Source of the DNA: Gammaproteobacteria bacterium
GTDB lineage: Bacteria > Pseudomonadota > Gammaproteobacteria > Eutrophobiales > Eutrophobiaceae
Direction of reading: 5' to 3'
Assembly (NCBI GenBank): GCA_965222155.1
Contig: CBDCTH010000001.1
Location: 31,401-95,400, forward strand
Length of the DNA: 64,000 bases
Below the pieces are notes generated by a model that was not told where the DNA came from, searched no databases, and saw only the letters and a list, made by a program, of their open reading frames with translations. The position numbers and the translations under genes were made by a program. Below, in pieces: positions 1-9,948 of this stretch; position 1 is the first letter of the stretch, and the number at the start of each line of letters is the position of its first letter.

Positions 1-28
1 GTTTCGTACGAACAGGAGGAGCAACCCT

Positions 29-790
29 ATGAGTGCCGCCGCTGAAACTATCCTGGCCGACCCGCGTTGTCTGGTGTCCGAGCGGGAGACGCTGACACCC
101 CGCAAAAACTCCCTGGGTTCGGCGTACCTGGCGTTTCATACCGATCGCGAGACAGTCCTGAACCTCGCCCGATTGCACTTGGAAGACGCCTTCCGTCGGG
201 TAGTGCTGGATCCGATGCACGGCCTGGTTATGCTGATGGCCCCAGGTCCGATACATGAAGGGATTGCGGATTTTGTCAACGATGTGGTGAAAGAAACTGC
301 GGAGGCCCTGGACTTGGGCAATGATTCCCTGCGCTCCACCCGCTGGCGGCGGTCGTCGGACCCGCAGAACACCGGTGCCGAACCGGACTGCTGTTATTAC
401 CTGGGGGCGAATGCACTGACTTACCAGGAACTCCGGGAGGAGGAGGACGCGAAGGCCGTCGCCTGGACCCTGTCACATCCCCCGGACCTGGTGGTCGAGG
501 TGGGCATCACCCATATCGATCGAGACAAGCAGGAACTCTATCGGAGGCTGGGCGTACCGGAGTACTGGCAGGTGGACCGGTCGTCCGGCAGGGCATTCAC
601 CGTCACCTTCCTGGACTTACAGGCGGGTAGCGGGCCGGCTTCCCTGGCGACATCCGCAATACTGTCCGGGTTGACACCGGCGGCGCTCGGCGCGGCAGTA
701 CAGGCGCTGATGCAACGCCGTTCTCAAAAACGCCGGGAAGTGGTGCTGGCGGTACTGCGGGAACACGGGGTGGTTGAACAGATACCGTAA
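29..790 (+). CDS. Uma2/DUF820-family putative endonuclease
   Basis: 253-aa ORF with AGGAGG RBS; motifs EPDCCYY, PPDLVVEV, DK..LY..LGVPEYW. Confidence 0.85.
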   Translation: MSAAAETILADPRCLVSERETLTPRKNSLGSAYLAFHTDRETVLNLARLHLEDAFRRVVLDPMHGLVMLMAPGPIHEGIADFVNDVVKETAEALDLGNDSLRSTRWRRSSDPQNTGAEPDCCYYLGANALTYQELREEEDAKAVAWTLSHPPDLVVEVGITHIDRDKQELYRRLGVPEYWQVDRSSGRAFTVTFLDLQAGSGPASLATSAILSGLTPAALGAAVQALMQRRSQKRREVVLAVLREHGVVEQIP

Positions 791-1455
791 CTTTACTTGG
801 GTCTTCCCTGAATCTGGTGGCTAACTGTCGGCTTGGCGTTGTCCGGGTTTATAGAAGTAGAACCCATGGTCCTTTGTGTAGAGCAACAATCAAGGTGAGC
901 CTCTAGCGTCAATCAGGATGATACAGTTGACGCGACGGCAAAGACTATGATTCCCGTTTTTTCTGAGATTGCAAGCCGTCTTTTTTTCTGGTTGTCGTGT
1001 TTTTGTACCTGTGTCTGCCAAGTTGCTGGAAACCCTTGTAGGTGAAAGCGGACAAAATAAGGCAACTCTACTTGCTGCAGTACTTCCAATCATTATATCT
1101 GCTGGATGAAACTCCCCCGGTCTACTCGACAGTCTGTCTGTGGGGAGGTGTACTTTCAGCATGAGGCGCCGGTAGACCCTAGCAGTCTGACGCGAAACAG
1201 GGTTTTTCAGGGTCGACTATACAAGGATAAACCATGACTCATTGCTATTGAGTAAGGCACTACAAACAGGCAGAATGTGCCTTGAATGCCCGTTTCAAAT
1301 CTCTAACGTGGGATTTGGGTGCGTATTTCACAGCAAAGCTGCCACCCATTACACGGCAAAGCTGCCACCCCCAAGGAGGTAGATAACCGGCGCGTTTGAC
1401 GTGGATAACCAAGGGTATCCTGTGTCCTTATTTCTACTGAAAGGAGGAGACACAG

Positions 1456-2997
1456 ATGCCTGCAAAGAGGTTGTCCATGAGAAAGATAAAAGACGTATTA
1501 CGCCTGTGCTGGAGCCAGGGCCTGAGCAAACGCCAGACAGCCAGGAGTTGTGGCATTTCCCGTCCGGCGGTGGATGAGTACCTGCGCCGGGCCGAGGCGG
1601 CCGGGCTGGGTTGGCCGCTGCCTGCGGCGCTGGATGACGGGGCGCTGGAGCGTCTGCTGTTTCCGCCCGCCCCAGCTGTACCCGCCGCGGCCCGCGGCGT
1701 GCCCGATTGGTCACACATTCATCGGGAGTTGAAACGCCCGGGCGTCACCTTGCAGTTGTTATGGCATGAGTATCGCCAGACTCACCCGCAAGGCTATCAG
1801 TACACCTGGTTCTGCCAGCATTATCGGACGTGGCGTGGCAAGCTGGATCTGGTCATGCGCCAGGAGCACCGGGCCGGTGAGAAGCTGTTCGTGGATTATG
1901 CCGGTATGCGTGCTCAGGTCATCAACCCGGCAACCGGGGAAGTCCGTGAGGCAGAGGTGTTTGTGGCAGCGCTGGGCGCGTCGAACTACACCTATGCCGA
2001 GGCCACCTGGAGCCAGGGCCTGGAAGATTGGATCGGCGCCCACGTGCGCTGTTTTACCTACCTGGGCGGTGTGCCTGAAGTGGTGGTGCCGGATAATTTA
2101 CGCGCCGGGGTGAGCCGTGCGCATCGCTATGAGCCGGACATCAACCCCACCTACCAGGACCTGGCCACCCATTACGGGGTCGCCATTGTCCCGGCACGGG
2201 TGCGTCGTCCCCGTGACAAAGCGAAAGCCGAGGTCGCGGTACAGGTGGTAGAGCGCTGGATCCTCGCCGCCCTGCGCCAGCGTCAGTGCTTCTCCCTGGC
2301 CGAGTTGAACCGCGCCATCCGGGCGTTGCTGGAGACGCTCAACAACCGGCCCTTCAAGAAACTGCCGGGCACCCGGCGCGCGCTGTTTGAGCAACTGGAT
2401 AAACCGGCCCTGCGCCCCCTGCCCGTCGAAGCGTACGAATACGCCGAGTGGAAGCAGGCGCGGGTCCATATCGACTATCACATCGAGGTCCATGGCCATT
2501 ACTACTCCGTGCCCCACGCGCTCATCAAAAAACAACTGGACGTGCGCATCACCGCCAACACCATTGAATGCTTTCATCGCGGCCAGCGCATCGCCAGCCA
2601 TCGACGCTCGTATCATAAGGCACGTCATACCACCGTCCCGGCCCACATGCCCGAGGCGCACCGCCAGGCCGGCGAGTGGTCCCCGCAACGCCTGGGCCGC
2701 TGGGCCGCGCAGGTCGGGCCGGCCACAGAAACCCTTATCCTCCGTGTCCTGTCTGCCCGCAAGCACCCCCAGCAGGCCTACCGCAGTTGCTTAGGGATCC
2801 TGCGCCTGGCTAAAACCTACGGCGACGACCGGCTGGAGGCCGCCTGCCAACGCGCCCTCACCCTGGGCAGCCACAGTTACAAAAGTATCGAATCCATCCT
2901 CCGCCACGGCCTGGACCGGCAACCCCTCGCCGAGCAGACCGAGGCGGCCTTACCTGATGACCACGACAATATCCGTGGCCCATCCTACTACCACTGA
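1456..2997 (+). CDS. istA: IS21 transposase IstA
   Basis: N-terminal HTH; DDE core (FVDYAG, VPDNL, KAKAE). Confidence 0.95.
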   Translation: MPAKRLSMRKIKDVLRLCWSQGLSKRQTARSCGISRPAVDEYLRRAEAAGLGWPLPAALDDGALERLLFPPAPAVPAAARGVPDWSHIHRELKRPGVTLQLLWHEYRQTHPQGYQYTWFCQHYRTWRGKLDLVMRQEHRAGEKLFVDYAGMRAQVINPATGEVREAEVFVAALGASNYTYAEATWSQGLEDWIGAHVRCFTYLGGVPEVVVPDNLRAGVSRAHRYEPDINPTYQDLATHYGVAIVPARVRRPRDKAKAEVAVQVVERWILAALRQRQCFSLAELNRAIRALLETLNNRPFKKLPGTRRALFEQLDKPALRPLPVEAYEYAEWKQARVHIDYHIEVHGHYYSVPHALIKKQLDVRITANTIECFHRGQRIASHRRSYHKARHTTVPAHMPEAHRQAGEWSPQRLGRWAAQVGPATETLILRVLSARKHPQQAYRSCLGILRLAKTYGDDRLEAACQRALTLGSHSYKSIESILRHGLDRQPLAEQTEAALPDDHDNIRGPSYYH

Positions 2998-3016
2998 CCC
3001 ACGACAGGAGACTGCT

Positions 3017-3775
3017 ATGTTGATACATCCCACCCTGGACAAACTCCAGACCTTGAAATGCACCGGTATGGCTGCCGCCCTCACCGAGCAGATGTCCGTG
3101 CCCGATATCGATACCCTCAGCTTCGAGGAACGCCTCGGCCTGCTCGTCGACCGGGAGATAACCGAACGGGACAACCGACGCCTGTCCAACCGGCTGCGAT
3201 GCGCCCGCCTCAAACACAATGCCACCCTGGAGGATATCGACTATCGCCCCCCGCGCGGACTGGATAAATCCCTGATGCAATCACTGGCCACCTGCCAGTG
3301 GGTCCGCGAACACCTCAATATCCTCATCACCGGCCCCACCGGCGTCGGCAAAACCTGGCTCGCCTGTGCCCTGGCACACAACGCCTGCCGGCACGGCTAC
3401 ACCGCCCTCTACCTGCGCCTGCCCAGACTCCTCCAGGACCTGTCCATCGCCAAGGGCGATGGACGCTATCCCAAGCTCCTCACCACCCTGGCAAAAACCC
3501 AGGCCCTCATCCTCGATGACTGGGGCCTGGTCAAATTGAACGCAGAGCAGCGCCGTGACCTGCTGGAAATCCTGGAAGACCGCCACGGCGCACGCTCCAC
3601 CCTCGCTACCAGTCAATTACCGGCCGAAAAATGGCATCACAGCATCGGCGACCCCACCCTCGCCGATGCCATCCTTGACCGCCTGGTGCACAATGCTTAC
3701 AAAATACAACTCAAGGGTGAATCCATGCGAAAACAGAAAAAAACATTGACGATGATGACCCCAACAGAGTCATAA
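3017..3775 (+). CDS. istB: IS21 helper ATPase IstB
   Basis: AGGAG RBS before ATG 3017; Walker A GPTGVGKT, Walker B LILDDWG, ADAILDRLVHNA. Confidence 0.95.
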   Translation: MLIHPTLDKLQTLKCTGMAAALTEQMSVPDIDTLSFEERLGLLVDREITERDNRRLSNRLRCARLKHNATLEDIDYRPPRGLDKSLMQSLATCQWVREHLNILITGPTGVGKTWLACALAHNACRHGYTALYLRLPRLLQDLSIAKGDGRYPKLLTTLAKTQALILDDWGLVKLNAEQRRDLLEILEDRHGARSTLATSQLPAEKWHHSIGDPTLADAILDRLVHNAYKIQLKGESMRKQKKTLTMMTPTES

Positions 3776-4045
3776 TGACCAACACCCACGTCATCACGCG
3801 CCTGGGGGTGGCAGCTTTGCTGCGTTCCGGGTGGCAGCCTTCACGTGAAACGGGTGGCAGGATTCAGTGAAATACGCAATTTGGGCATTAATTTGGATTT
3901 GATATTGTTTTTTAGATGTCTCATACTCCTTATATTACAATTATTCTATATATATCAGTATTCTGATTTATGCAGAGATTAGGAAGAAGTTTTATACTCA
4001 AATCTGGAGTATACTCCTGAATAGAAATCAGTGGAGGAGATTGAC

Positions 4046-4240
4046 ATGCCTGAAAAAGCTTTGAGCGAACAACATGCTACTGGAGATCAGCCCAAAATTT
4101 ACGTGACATCAAAGGGCGCTCGGTATGTTAAAGCGGATGAGTTACTGCATAGCAAAAGAGCGCGCGAACAAATCAAAGCATTGGCGAAGCTTGATTTTAG
4201 TAAACCTCAACCTGATACAACTTCGAAAAGTCCATCATAG
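4046..4240 (+). CDS. small hypothetical protein
   Basis: GGAGGAG RBS before ATG 4046; low-GC; upstream of membrane protein gene. Confidence 0.5.
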   Translation: MPEKALSEQHATGDQPKIYVTSKGARYVKADELLHSKRAREQIKALAKLDFSKPQPDTTSKSPS

Positions 4241-4280
4241 AAAACCAATTTAATCATTCTGTAATAAGGACAGCCCCGCC

Positions 4281-4958
4281 TTGACTCTTGGAGCGTTTCT
4301 TGTTCCCACTGTTGCGGGATATTGGTTTTTAACGCACCTGTATTCCACACGGTTTGGTGCCCTCCGTGATTCGGGTTACCATCTTTTCTTCAGAGCCGTC
4401 ATATGCGGTGCCATTTTAGCTTTTATCTCACACTCAATCATTTTTTCTATAGGCTCCTGTTTTCCCGAAATCAGCACGAAATGGGAGTCTTTTATGCCAA
4501 TTCCTTACTCTGGCACGGCTATCCTGACCGCTCTGCTAGGATTTGTGCTTCCGATTATTGGCAATCAGTTTTACGATAAAGAAAAAGCCGTCCGGCGAGC
4601 AGCAGCAGAGAGTGGGGACCTCATTGAACTGCTAATTGCAGAATCTATTGAACATCAACGACTGATTGAGCTCTCTTTAAAAAGCAGGAAATCATATATC
4701 GGTTTTGCTCTTAAGAGCGGAATAATAAGCCAAGGTGAGTCTGATATAGCACTTATCCCTATGGCTAGCGGCTACAGGAATAAAGATACTCAACAGTTAG
4801 AAATCACGACGAACTATGCTACCGTAGTCGAGAAATCTCTTGAAGAGTCTTCAGACTTGATCTATGAAGATTTTCGAATTGTAATACCTATGCTTGAAAT
4901 AGTGTCCGCACGTATATTCCATCCTCAGGCGTATGAAATTTTTCAGAAGGAAGGTTGA
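4281..4958 (+). CDS. hypothetical membrane protein (N-terminal TM helices, soluble C-terminal domain)
   Basis: 225-aa low-GC ORF with about 3 hydrophobic segments; AAGGA upstream of TTG start. Confidence 0.7.
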   Translation: MTLGAFLVPTVAGYWFLTHLYSTRFGALRDSGYHLFFRAVICGAILAFISHSIIFSIGSCFPEISTKWESFMPIPYSGTAILTALLGFVLPIIGNQFYDKEKAVRRAAAESGDLIELLIAESIEHQRLIELSLKSRKSYIGFALKSGIISQGESDIALIPMASGYRNKDTQQLEITTNYATVVEKSLEESSDLIYEDFRIVIPMLEIVSARIFHPQAYEIFQKEG

Positions 4959-5000
4959 TCTTACCGAAAATCCGTCCAGAACTCTTTTACAGGTAGTTTA

Positions 5001-5290
5001 GTCGTCCCTGAATAACCCCAAAAGCTATTCTAACCTATTGATTATAGTTATGTAAGCTGCGTTTTTCCCTGGACTGATAGTGCAGGTTTTGGTATCATGG
5101 GGCTTCATTTTCTGGCAATATCGGAGATAAAAATGACCCCCGGACACGCTGACGCGCATCCTTCATCAGACCTGTTCAGCGAACAGTTGGATACTATGCT
5201 CAACCCACGGCATGACTTGTATCGATTAGCCGACCTGGTGGACGGGTCGGTGTTTGATAAGGCACTCGGTGCGCGGTACTGCCCGTGCGA
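5001..5290 (+). pseudogene. IS5-family remnant: left end plus transposase N-terminus
   Basis: GTCGTCCCTGAATAA end-like sequence; peptide DLFSEQLDTMLNPRHDLYRLADLVD resembles IS5 transposase N-termini; breaks off where the repeated nuclease block begins. Confidence 0.7.
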
Positions 5291-5369
5291 GAGACACGCC
5301 CTATTCCAACAATCTGCTGCCAGACTGTGACCTGCCCCGGATGTCACGTATAGCCGTATGATTGGTCAA

Positions 5370-5924
5370 TCAGTGGAACACCCGGGGCCGAAAGTCTGCC
5401 TGATTGATAATGCTGGCGCTGCTCCCGGTGGCTCGGATGACATACAAGCCCTGCCGCTCCGCATACACCTGCACAGAATGGTCCACCTTCAGGTACGCCA
5501 CTGCGCCCAGTATCTTCCGTCCTTTGAATCCCGACACCCAACCCGTGAATTTATCCAGCTTCTCCAGAAAATGCGTCACATCCCCGGCCCGTAACGTGGT
5601 CTTGACTTCCACGACCACCACTTCTTCTCCATTCGCTGCCAGAATGTCATACTCGTAATGCTCGCCATTACGCCGACCGCTCACTCGGGGATACGTCGTC
5701 TGCACTTCTATCCCGCGCGCCTGCAACAGGGGAAGCAGGTCCCCTTCTACCAGACTCTCCACCAGCTTGCCCCACTGACTGGTAAACAACTCATCCAGCT
5801 TCTTCAAGCGTTGGTCGGTGTCCTTCATCTGTTCACGGACCTCCTCAGACTGCTTGCCGACGGCTCGCAGGATATTCCAGATTTCTTCGGGGGTGGCGGG
5901 GTCTTGATGCAGTTCGTTTTCCAT
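5370..5924 (-). CDS. coiled-coil PD-(D/E)XK nuclease-like protein (DUF3782-like), copy 1, one heptad unit
   Basis: EYDILA...VVVEVKTT motif; AGGAG RBS places start at 5924. Confidence 0.8.
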   Translation of the reverse strand: MENELHQDPATPEEIWNILRAVGKQSEEVREQMKDTDQRLKKLDELFTSQWGKLVESLVEGDLLPLLQARGIEVQTTYPRVSGRRNGEHYEYDILAANGEEVVVVEVKTTLRAGDVTHFLEKLDKFTGWVSGFKGRKILGAVAYLKVDHSVQVYAERQGLYVIRATGSSASIINQADFRPRVFH

Positions 5925-5958
5925 GATGCCTTTCTCCTGTGCTGGTTTGACGTTACAG

Positions 5959-5987
5959 AGAATAATAGAAGCGCCGGGATATATCAA
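5959..5987 (-). promoter_or_regulatory. putative sigma70 promoter, also present upstream of copies 2 and 3
   Basis: TTGATA-17 bp-TATTCT. Confidence 0.45.
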
Positions 5988-6138
5988 GTTCAATTTTCAT
6001 GCTGTCACTCCAAAGTTGCAATGTCCTCTTTTAACCTGCCTGGGGAGAGATATTTGTAACTTCTCAATAACCCCGTGCCTATTTCCGGGAGGGAGGGCGT
6101 CTCACCCTCCACGAGGGCAAGATGCCCTCGTTCAAACA

Positions 6139-6217
6139 TTTGGGGTCAGAGTAAAAATACAGTCAGTTTGGCAAGTGGTAGTGGCTTATTGTTAAGTATT
6201 TTTACTCTGACCCCAAA
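6139..6217. repeat. 22-bp perfect inverted repeat (REP-like)
   Basis: TTTGGGGTCAGAGTAAAAATAC (6139-6160) and its reverse complement (6196-6217). Confidence 0.85.
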
Positions 6218-7107
6218 CTCTCATGAGCAGGTCTTTGCACACCCCGACGGCATGTAACTAAAACTCTGGAGATGCAGTGTTATCCACAGCCTCCTCAGAG
6301 TTGACTACTGTCCCGTCCTGGTGTAGTCTGCTTAGCACATCGTCCACGTTAGCGCGTAAGCCCAACCCGGCTACAGGCCCTATGGCGGGGTCGCCTGAAA
6401 GACCAGAATGGGTATCCCTGTAGCGTGTCCTTTCCAGTCGGTCAGACCTTGTTAAGACCGAATGTGTTCGTGCGGCCTGATGCTTAGAACGCCCAAAAAT
6501 AGTTACACAGCAAACTCTCATGAGCAGGTCTTTGCACACCCCGACGGCATGTAACTAAAACTCTGGAGATGCAGTGTTATCCACAGCCTCCTCAGAGTTG
6601 ACTACTGTCCCGTCCTGGTGTAGTCTGCTTAGCACATCGTCCACGTTAGCGCGTAAGCCCAACCCGGCTACAGGCCCTATGGCGGGGTCGCCTGAAAGAC
6701 CAGAATGGGTATCCCTGTAGCGTGTCCTTTCCAGTCGGTCAGACCTTGTTAAGACCGAATGTGTTCGTGCGGCCTGATGCTTAGAACGCCCAAAAATAGT
6801 TACACAGCAAACTCTCATGAGCAGGTCTTTGCACACCCCGACGGCATGTAACTAAAACTCTGGAGATGCAGTGTTATCCACAGCCTCCTCAGAGTTGACT
6901 ACTGTCCCGTCCTGGTGTAGTCTGCTTAGCACATCGTCCACGTTAGCGCGTAAGCCCAACCCGGCTACAGGCCCTATGGCGGGGTCGCCTGAAAGACCAG
7001 AATGGGTATCCCTGTAGCGTGTCCTTTCCAGTCGGTCAGACCTTGTTAAGACCGAATGTGTTCGTGCGGCCTGATGCTTAGAACGCCCAAAAATAGTTAC
7101 ACAGCAA
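6214..7107. repeat. 3 x 297-bp tandem direct repeat, highly structured (candidate ncRNA or MITE array)
   Basis: Units start at 6214, 6511, 6808 and look identical; each has TGTAACTA...TAGTTACA inverted ends and several abutting stems. Confidence 0.95.
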
Positions 7108-7303
7108 TATCCGTGCTTTCGGTCGCAGGCACCCATTGGCGGACATACGAAGCCGTATAGAGAGGGACAAGTTGCTGAGTAATAGCGCGATTGGACGGAG
7201 TATCACCGAGTTTTTGAGGAATGTCGCTGCCCCCGGTAGCCATGGGAACGCTGCCAGACTGTGACCTGCCCCGGATGTCACGTATAGCCGTATGATTGGT
7301 CAA

Positions 7304-7921
7304 TCAGTGGAACACCCGGGGCCGAAAGTCTGCCTGATTGATAATGCTGGCGCTGCTCCCGGTGGCTCGGATGACATACAAGCCCTGCCGCTCCGCATAC
7401 ACCTCCACAGAATGGTCCACCTTCAGGTACGCCACTGCGCCCAGTATCTTCCGTCCTTTGAATCCCGACACCCAACCCGTGAATTTATCCAGCTTCTCCA
7501 GAAAATGCGTCACATCCCCGGCCCGTAACGTGGTCTTGACTTCCACGACGACCACTTCTTCTCCATTCGCTGCCAGAATGTCATACTCATAATGCTCGCC
7601 ATTACGCCGACCGCTCACCCGGGGATACGTGGTCTGCACTTCTATCCCACGCGCCTGCAACAGGGGAATCAGGTCCCCTTCTACCAGACTCTCCACCAGC
7701 TTGCCCCACTGACTGGTAAACAACTCATCCAGTTTCTTCAAGCGCCGGTCGGTTTCCTTCATCTGCAGGCCGGTCTCCTTCATCTGCCGGTCGGTTTCCT
7801 TCATCTGCCGGTCGGTGTCCTTCATCTGTTCACGGACCTCCTCAGACTGCTTGCCGACGGCTCGTAGAATATTCCAGATTTCTTCGGGGGTGGCGGGGTC
7901 TTGATGCAGTTCGTTTTCCAT
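7304..7921 (-). CDS. coiled-coil PD-(D/E)XK nuclease-like protein, copy 2, four heptad units
   Basis: Near-identical to copy 1; MKDTDRQ-MKETDRQ-MKETGLQ-MKETDRR. Confidence 0.8.
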   Translation of the reverse strand: MENELHQDPATPEEIWNILRAVGKQSEEVREQMKDTDRQMKETDRQMKETGLQMKETDRRLKKLDELFTSQWGKLVESLVEGDLIPLLQARGIEVQTTYPRVSGRRNGEHYEYDILAANGEEVVVVEVKTTLRAGDVTHFLEKLDKFTGWVSGFKGRKILGAVAYLKVDHSVEVYAERQGLYVIRATGSSASIINQADFRPRVFH

Positions 7922-8480
7922 GATGCCTTTCTCCTGTGCTGGTTTGACGTTACAGAGAATAATACAAGCGCCGGAATATATCAAGTTCAATTTTCATGCT
8001 GTCACTCCAAAGTTGCAATGTCCTCTTTTAACCTGCGTGGGGAGAGATATTTGTAACTTCTCAATAACCCCGTGCCTATTTCCGGGAGGGAGGGCGTCTC
8101 ACCCTCGTTCCAGGATGAATGATAAATGGTATCACCGTCACTTCTGACTAACCCGGTGCCTTCAACTCGCAGGGTGCGCAAGATGCCGGAAGACTTTCTC
8201 TGGTGGGGCGGTCATTATAACTGGCTGATAAAGTTAGCGGGAACGGCTGACACCTCAAAGTATCACTTGACAATGAAGGCGGTATCCATATAAGAGGTTC
8301 CTTAAATTCAGGAAGGGCCTGTCTTGGGATGTTGTCATCCATAGCCAAAATCCAGTGGAACAACGGACTTGGTTTACCTGAATGCCTATCCTGGAGATGT
8401 TGCTAATCCGGGGCAGCCATCCGGTTGAAACCAGGTAAATTCCATAAAAGCGGGCAGCCGCTCTGCTATAATAGTTGGGT

Positions 8481-9620
8481 ATGGCCATCACAGCCAAACA
8501 TAATCCCTACACCCCTGGCATAGGAATCGAGCCGGTTTGCCTGGCTGGACGGCAAGAAGAGCAACGTGTTTTGGCAGAAGCGATGGCGCGAATTCAGGAC
8601 AAATTGCCAGGTAACGATCATATCCTGATCGGCCCCAGGGGTAACGGCAAGACGACTTTGCTGCGCTGGTTCGATAGTCATTGCAAGGGACAGGCCAACG
8701 CAGTGGATGTAGTCTGGTTGACTCCGGCGGAGATCCAGGATATCGCTACACTGACCAGACTGTTGACTCCACGGCCGAAGCTCAAGCTGCCGCTGCTGGA
8801 CAGCCTTTCCGTGTCGATAATCGGGAGTCGCTTGATCTGGGGCAAGCCCGCGGCACACACGCTGACCAGGCTACTGACCGCGCGCTGCCGAACCACCCCC
8901 CTGGTACTGTTGCTGGACGAAGCCCACACGCTGCACTCTCAGGTGGGCCAGGTACTGCTGAACGTCAGCCAGGAAGTGCGTGCCGCAGCGCCCTTCCTGT
9001 TGGTCCTGGCCGGTACCCCTGGGCTGCAATCCACCTTGGCCAACATGCAGGCAAGTTTTTGGGACCGGGCAGAGCAATTGTTTATCGGCTTGCTGCCTGA
9101 CGGAGCCAGTGAGGAAATACTGGTTAAAACGGGTGCAGTCAGCGGCCTCCAGTACGAACCTGATGCCCTTGACCAGTTGGTCATCGCTGGGGACCGCTAC
9201 CCGTATTTTGTGCAATTGCTGGGCCGGGCTGCCTGGAAACAGGCCCGGCAGACGCAACGTGCTACAGTTGATCGGCAAGCCGCCGAAACGGCGATAGCAG
9301 AGGTTAAACCTTTACGGTATGAGTATTATCGAAATCGCCTGGCTGAACTGGAACATACTGAGAATGCGGCACCAGCCTATGCAGTAGCCAAACTATTGGA
9401 CGAAAAACAAAGTGTGTCTGACTGGGAATTAAACACCATCCTGCAACAGGTATCAGCCGACCACGGGGATAATGCCCCTGCAATTATAAAACGAAATAAA
9501 GACACCTTGTATGGCTTAGGTCTGATTTGGCGAGATCCGGGAGCAGACGAGTGGACTTGCGGCATCCCCAGCCTGGCTGGATACGTAGCCGACAGACTAC
9601 GGCCTGGGTTGGAAATCTGA
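8481..9620 (+). CDS. AAA+/P-loop ATPase
   Basis: Walker A GPRGNGKT, Walker B LLLDEAH, YPYFVQ; TGnTATAAT 8 nt upstream of ATG 8481. Confidence 0.85.
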   Translation: MAITAKHNPYTPGIGIEPVCLAGRQEEQRVLAEAMARIQDKLPGNDHILIGPRGNGKTTLLRWFDSHCKGQANAVDVVWLTPAEIQDIATLTRLLTPRPKLKLPLLDSLSVSIIGSRLIWGKPAAHTLTRLLTARCRTTPLVLLLDEAHTLHSQVGQVLLNVSQEVRAAAPFLLVLAGTPGLQSTLANMQASFWDRAEQLFIGLLPDGASEEILVKTGAVSGLQYEPDALDQLVIAGDRYPYFVQLLGRAAWKQARQTQRATVDRQAAETAIAEVKPLRYEYYRNRLAELEHTENAAPAYAVAKLLDEKQSVSDWELNTILQQVSADHGDNAPAIIKRNKDTLYGLGLIWRDPGADEWTCGIPSLAGYVADRLRPGLEI

Positions 9621-9948
9621 GAGGCATTATGGTGTATTTTGCCTGTTTGTAGTACCTTGCTCAGCAGCCTTGGACCAGGGTTTGCCATTGAACAGGGTGG
9701 GCTGCCGCTCGCTCACGCCGTATTGGGGCAGTGCAAGCTGAAAGGCATATCCCAATATGGCGCAGAGGGATGGCTGGTCGCTGGCGGACATACGAAGCCG
9801 TATAGAGAGGGATAAGTTGCTGAGTAATAGCGCGATTGGGCGGAGTATCACCGAGTTTTTGAGGAATGTCGCTGCCCCCGGTAGCGATGGGGACGCTGCC
9901 AGACTGTGACCCGCCCCAGATTTCACGTATAGCCGTATGATTGGTCAA

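Larger units (their letters stand above)
1320..3878 (+). mobile_element. IS21-family insertion sequence, apparently intact
   Basis: Terminal IRs TGCGTATTTCAC / GTGAAATACGCA; internal repeated CTGCCACCC motifs (2 left, 3 right); 7-bp target duplication ATTTGGG at 1313-1319 and 3879-3885; istA-istB inside. Confidence 0.95.

Noticed and set aside
6300-6380. Group I intron or RNase P RNA (GACTAC/GTAGTC; AACCCGGCTACAGG)
   Set aside because: Spacing too short for P7/P3/P8 and the RNase P GAAAGTCC element is absent
6214-7107. CRISPR array, or 93-aa protein repeats
   Set aside because: No unique spacers, units far too long, no cas genes; the ORFs lack RBS and recognisable motifs
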